From NCBI GenBank assembly GCA_025059805.1, contig JANXDG010000065.1, positions 3,234 through 67,233 of the forward strand: 64,000 nucleotides of DNA, in the 5' to 3' direction. The number at the start of each line of letters is the position of its first letter. The first letter of the stretch is position 1. A program made the position numbers and the translations under genes. The notes beneath the pieces were generated by a model. That model ran no database searches. It saw only the letters and a program-made list of their open reading frames with translations, and was not told the DNA's origin. The DNA comes from Endomicrobiia bacterium. Lineage in GTDB: Bacteria; Elusimicrobiota; Endomicrobiia; DTEH01. Below, piece after piece: positions 62,820-64,000 of the stretch.

Positions 62820-63638
62820 TTATCTGTTAACTATCTTAAATATTTCAACACAGTCTTTTAATATACTTTTTAAACTGTCAAGTTTTAACATACTCTCACT
62901 GTCAGATAGCGCACAAGATGGTTCAGAATGTACTTCCATAAATAATCCATTAGCACCTGCTGCTATTGCTGCTTTTGCTAAAATTGGAACAAAATTTCTA
63001 TCACCGCCAGATTTATCACCTTTGCTACTAGGTAGTTGTACACTATGTGTTGCATCAAAAAGTATCGGATATCCAAAGTTATGCACAATCGGGAACACTC
63101 TAAAATCTACGACTAAGTTGTTATAACCAAAGGTAGTTCCTCTTTCAGTAATAATCACTTGCTTATTACCTGTATAAATCACTTTTTCAATAATATGTTT
63201 TACATCCCATGGAGCAACAAACTGTCCTTTTTTAATATTTATTGGTTTAGAAGTTTTTGCTGCTTCAATAATTAAATCTGTTTGTCTACATAGAAACGCG
63301 GGGATTTGAATTATATCAACAACTTCAGCAACATAAGGTATTTCTGTTCTACAATGAACATCTGTAAGTATTGGCACACCTATTTTTTGTTTTACTTTTT
63401 TAAGTATTTCTAATCCTTTCTTTAATCCAGGACCACGATAACTATAAATAGAAGTTCTGTTGGACTTATCATAAGATGTTTTAAATATGTAGCTGATTTT
63501 TAATTCTTCAGTTATCTTTTTTATTTTTTCTGCAATTGTTAAAACAGTCTTTTCTTTTTCAATAACACAAGGACCTGCTACAACCACAAATGTTCTTTTA
63601 TCACCTATTTTTATATCGCCAACTTTTACAATTTGCAT
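62820..63638 (-). CDS. kdsA: 3-deoxy-8-phosphooctulonate (Kdo-8-P) synthase
   Basis: VVAGPCVIE, FKTSYDKSNRTS, QIPAFLCRQTDL and DATHSVQLP. Confidence 0.92.
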   Translation of the reverse strand: MQIVKVGDIKIGDKRTFVVVAGPCVIEKEKTVLTIAEKIKKITEELKISYIFKTSYDKSNRTSIYSYRGPGLKKGLEILKKVKQKIGVPILTDVHCRTEIPYVAEVVDIIQIPAFLCRQTDLIIEAAKTSKPINIKKGQFVAPWDVKHIIEKVIYTGNKQVIITERGTTFGYNNLVVDFRVFPIVHNFGYPILFDATHSVQLPSSKGDKSGGDRNFVPILAKAAIAAGANGLFMEVHSEPSCALSDSESMLKLDSLKSILKDCVEIFKIVNR

Positions 63639-63640
63639 AT

Positions 63641-64000
63641 TTATTTAGCAGAAAATATTTTTCTTACCCTGTCCAAATCTTCTTTAGTATCAACAGAAAT
63701 TGGTGTTTCTTTAACTAATACTGTTTTTATTCTATATCCATGCTCAAGTATTCTTAGCTGTTCTAACTTTTCTATTTTCTCAAGGTTACCCTGTGGTAAA
63801 TTTAAAAATTTAAATAAAAAATTACGTCGGAATCCGTATATACCAATATGTCTATAAAATGTGTATTTTTCTATCAAGTCTTTATTTTTTACTACAAAAT
63901 TTTGCTGATTAAATTCAAAACCATCACGAATAAATGGTATAACTGAACGAGTAAAATACAATGCAAAACCTTTCCTATCTATTACAACTTTGACAAAGTT
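63641..64000 (-). CDS. kdsB: 3-deoxy-manno-octulosonate cytidylyltransferase (C-terminal part; 5' end outside the window)
   Basis: The frame stays open upstream of the track start (a TTG at 63961). Hand translation gives ..NFVKVVIDRKGFALYFTRSVIPF.. then LEKIEKLEQLRILEHGYRIK, typical of KdsB. Confidence 0.85.
   Translation of the reverse strand, partial: NFVKVVIDRKGFALYFTRSVIPFIRDGFEFNQQNFVVKNKDLIEKYTFYRHIGIYGFRRNFLFKFLNLPQGNLEKIEKLEQLRILEHGYRIKTVLVKETPISVDTKEDLDRVRKIFSAK

Noticed and set aside
1-64000. Search by eye for tRNA/rRNA genes, CRISPR arrays, transposases, integrases, inverted terminal repeats and prophage genes.
   Set aside because: - Intergenic space is minimal, and the few gaps over 100 nt contain no GC-rich cloverleaf-like segments.
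- There are no regularly spaced 25-40-nt repeats.
- No ORF has DDE, tyrosine-recombinase or serine-recombinase signatures.

Overview
This is an AT-rich, very gene-dense bacterial chromosome segment. I support about 62 protein-coding genes, most on the minus strand, often with 1-20 nt gaps or 4-nt start/stop overlaps. The host is a diderm: the window carries Kdo genes (kdsA, kdsB), heptose genes (gmhA, hldC), a GT9 heptosyltransferase-like domain, a SurA-like chaperone and a small beta-barrel outer-membrane protein. I cannot assign the lineage from sequence alone. I saw no rRNA, tRNA, CRISPR array, transposase or integrase.

Layout:
- (1) 1-18.9 kb: a Wzx/Wzy/Wzc-type polysaccharide locus. It holds about ten glycosyltransferase genes or domains (two in fusion proteins: AsnB::GT9 and GT4::methyltransferase), gmd, a membrane metallophosphoesterase and a BY-kinase.
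- (2) 19-23.5 kb: pilT plus two tandem pilB/gspE paralogues lie immediately upstream and appear co-transcribed with the locus. Both PilB paralogues carry MshEN-type c-di-GMP-binding motifs. No other pilus gene is in the window.
- (3) 23.5-29 kb: coaD, cca, and an Opp/Dpp-type ABC importer (BCDF) with no binding protein.
- (4) 29-31.6 kb: a DUF4015 lipoprotein and an OMP gene with a 450-nt leader or intergenic region.
- (5) 31.6-41.9 kb: thpR, an unusual inverted array of 8-bp repeats, cinA, DUF3467, argF, a CcrM/HinfI-like M->R restriction-modification pair, thrB, thiC, a PlsC-like acyltransferase, thiE, hldC and gmhA.
- (6) 42-47.6 kb, plus strand: pdp, a RecJ carrying an inserted DEDDh 3'-5' exonuclease domain, a second DHH phosphoesterase and a CoA-binding protein.
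- (7) 47.6-64 kb: ispG, pfkB-family kinase, mtnP, a sugar dehydrogenase, rimI, pdxA, a surA-like gene, an orphan ABC ATPase, serA, a serC-like gene, a flavin reductase, a PriA lacking helicase ATPase motifs, udg, split coaB/coaC, kdsA and kdsB.

The observations I rate highest are:
- the octamer repeat structure at 32173-32374;
- the pilB-pilB-pilT/Wzc coupling;
- the RecJ::DnaQ domain insertion;
- the AsnB::GT9 fusion;
- the motif-dead PriA.

Limits: all functional calls rest on motifs and family signatures I recognise by eye. No database search was possible. Domain boundaries are approximate (about +/-30 nt). The ORF track prints M for TTG and GTG starts, and I re-examined several starts by hand.
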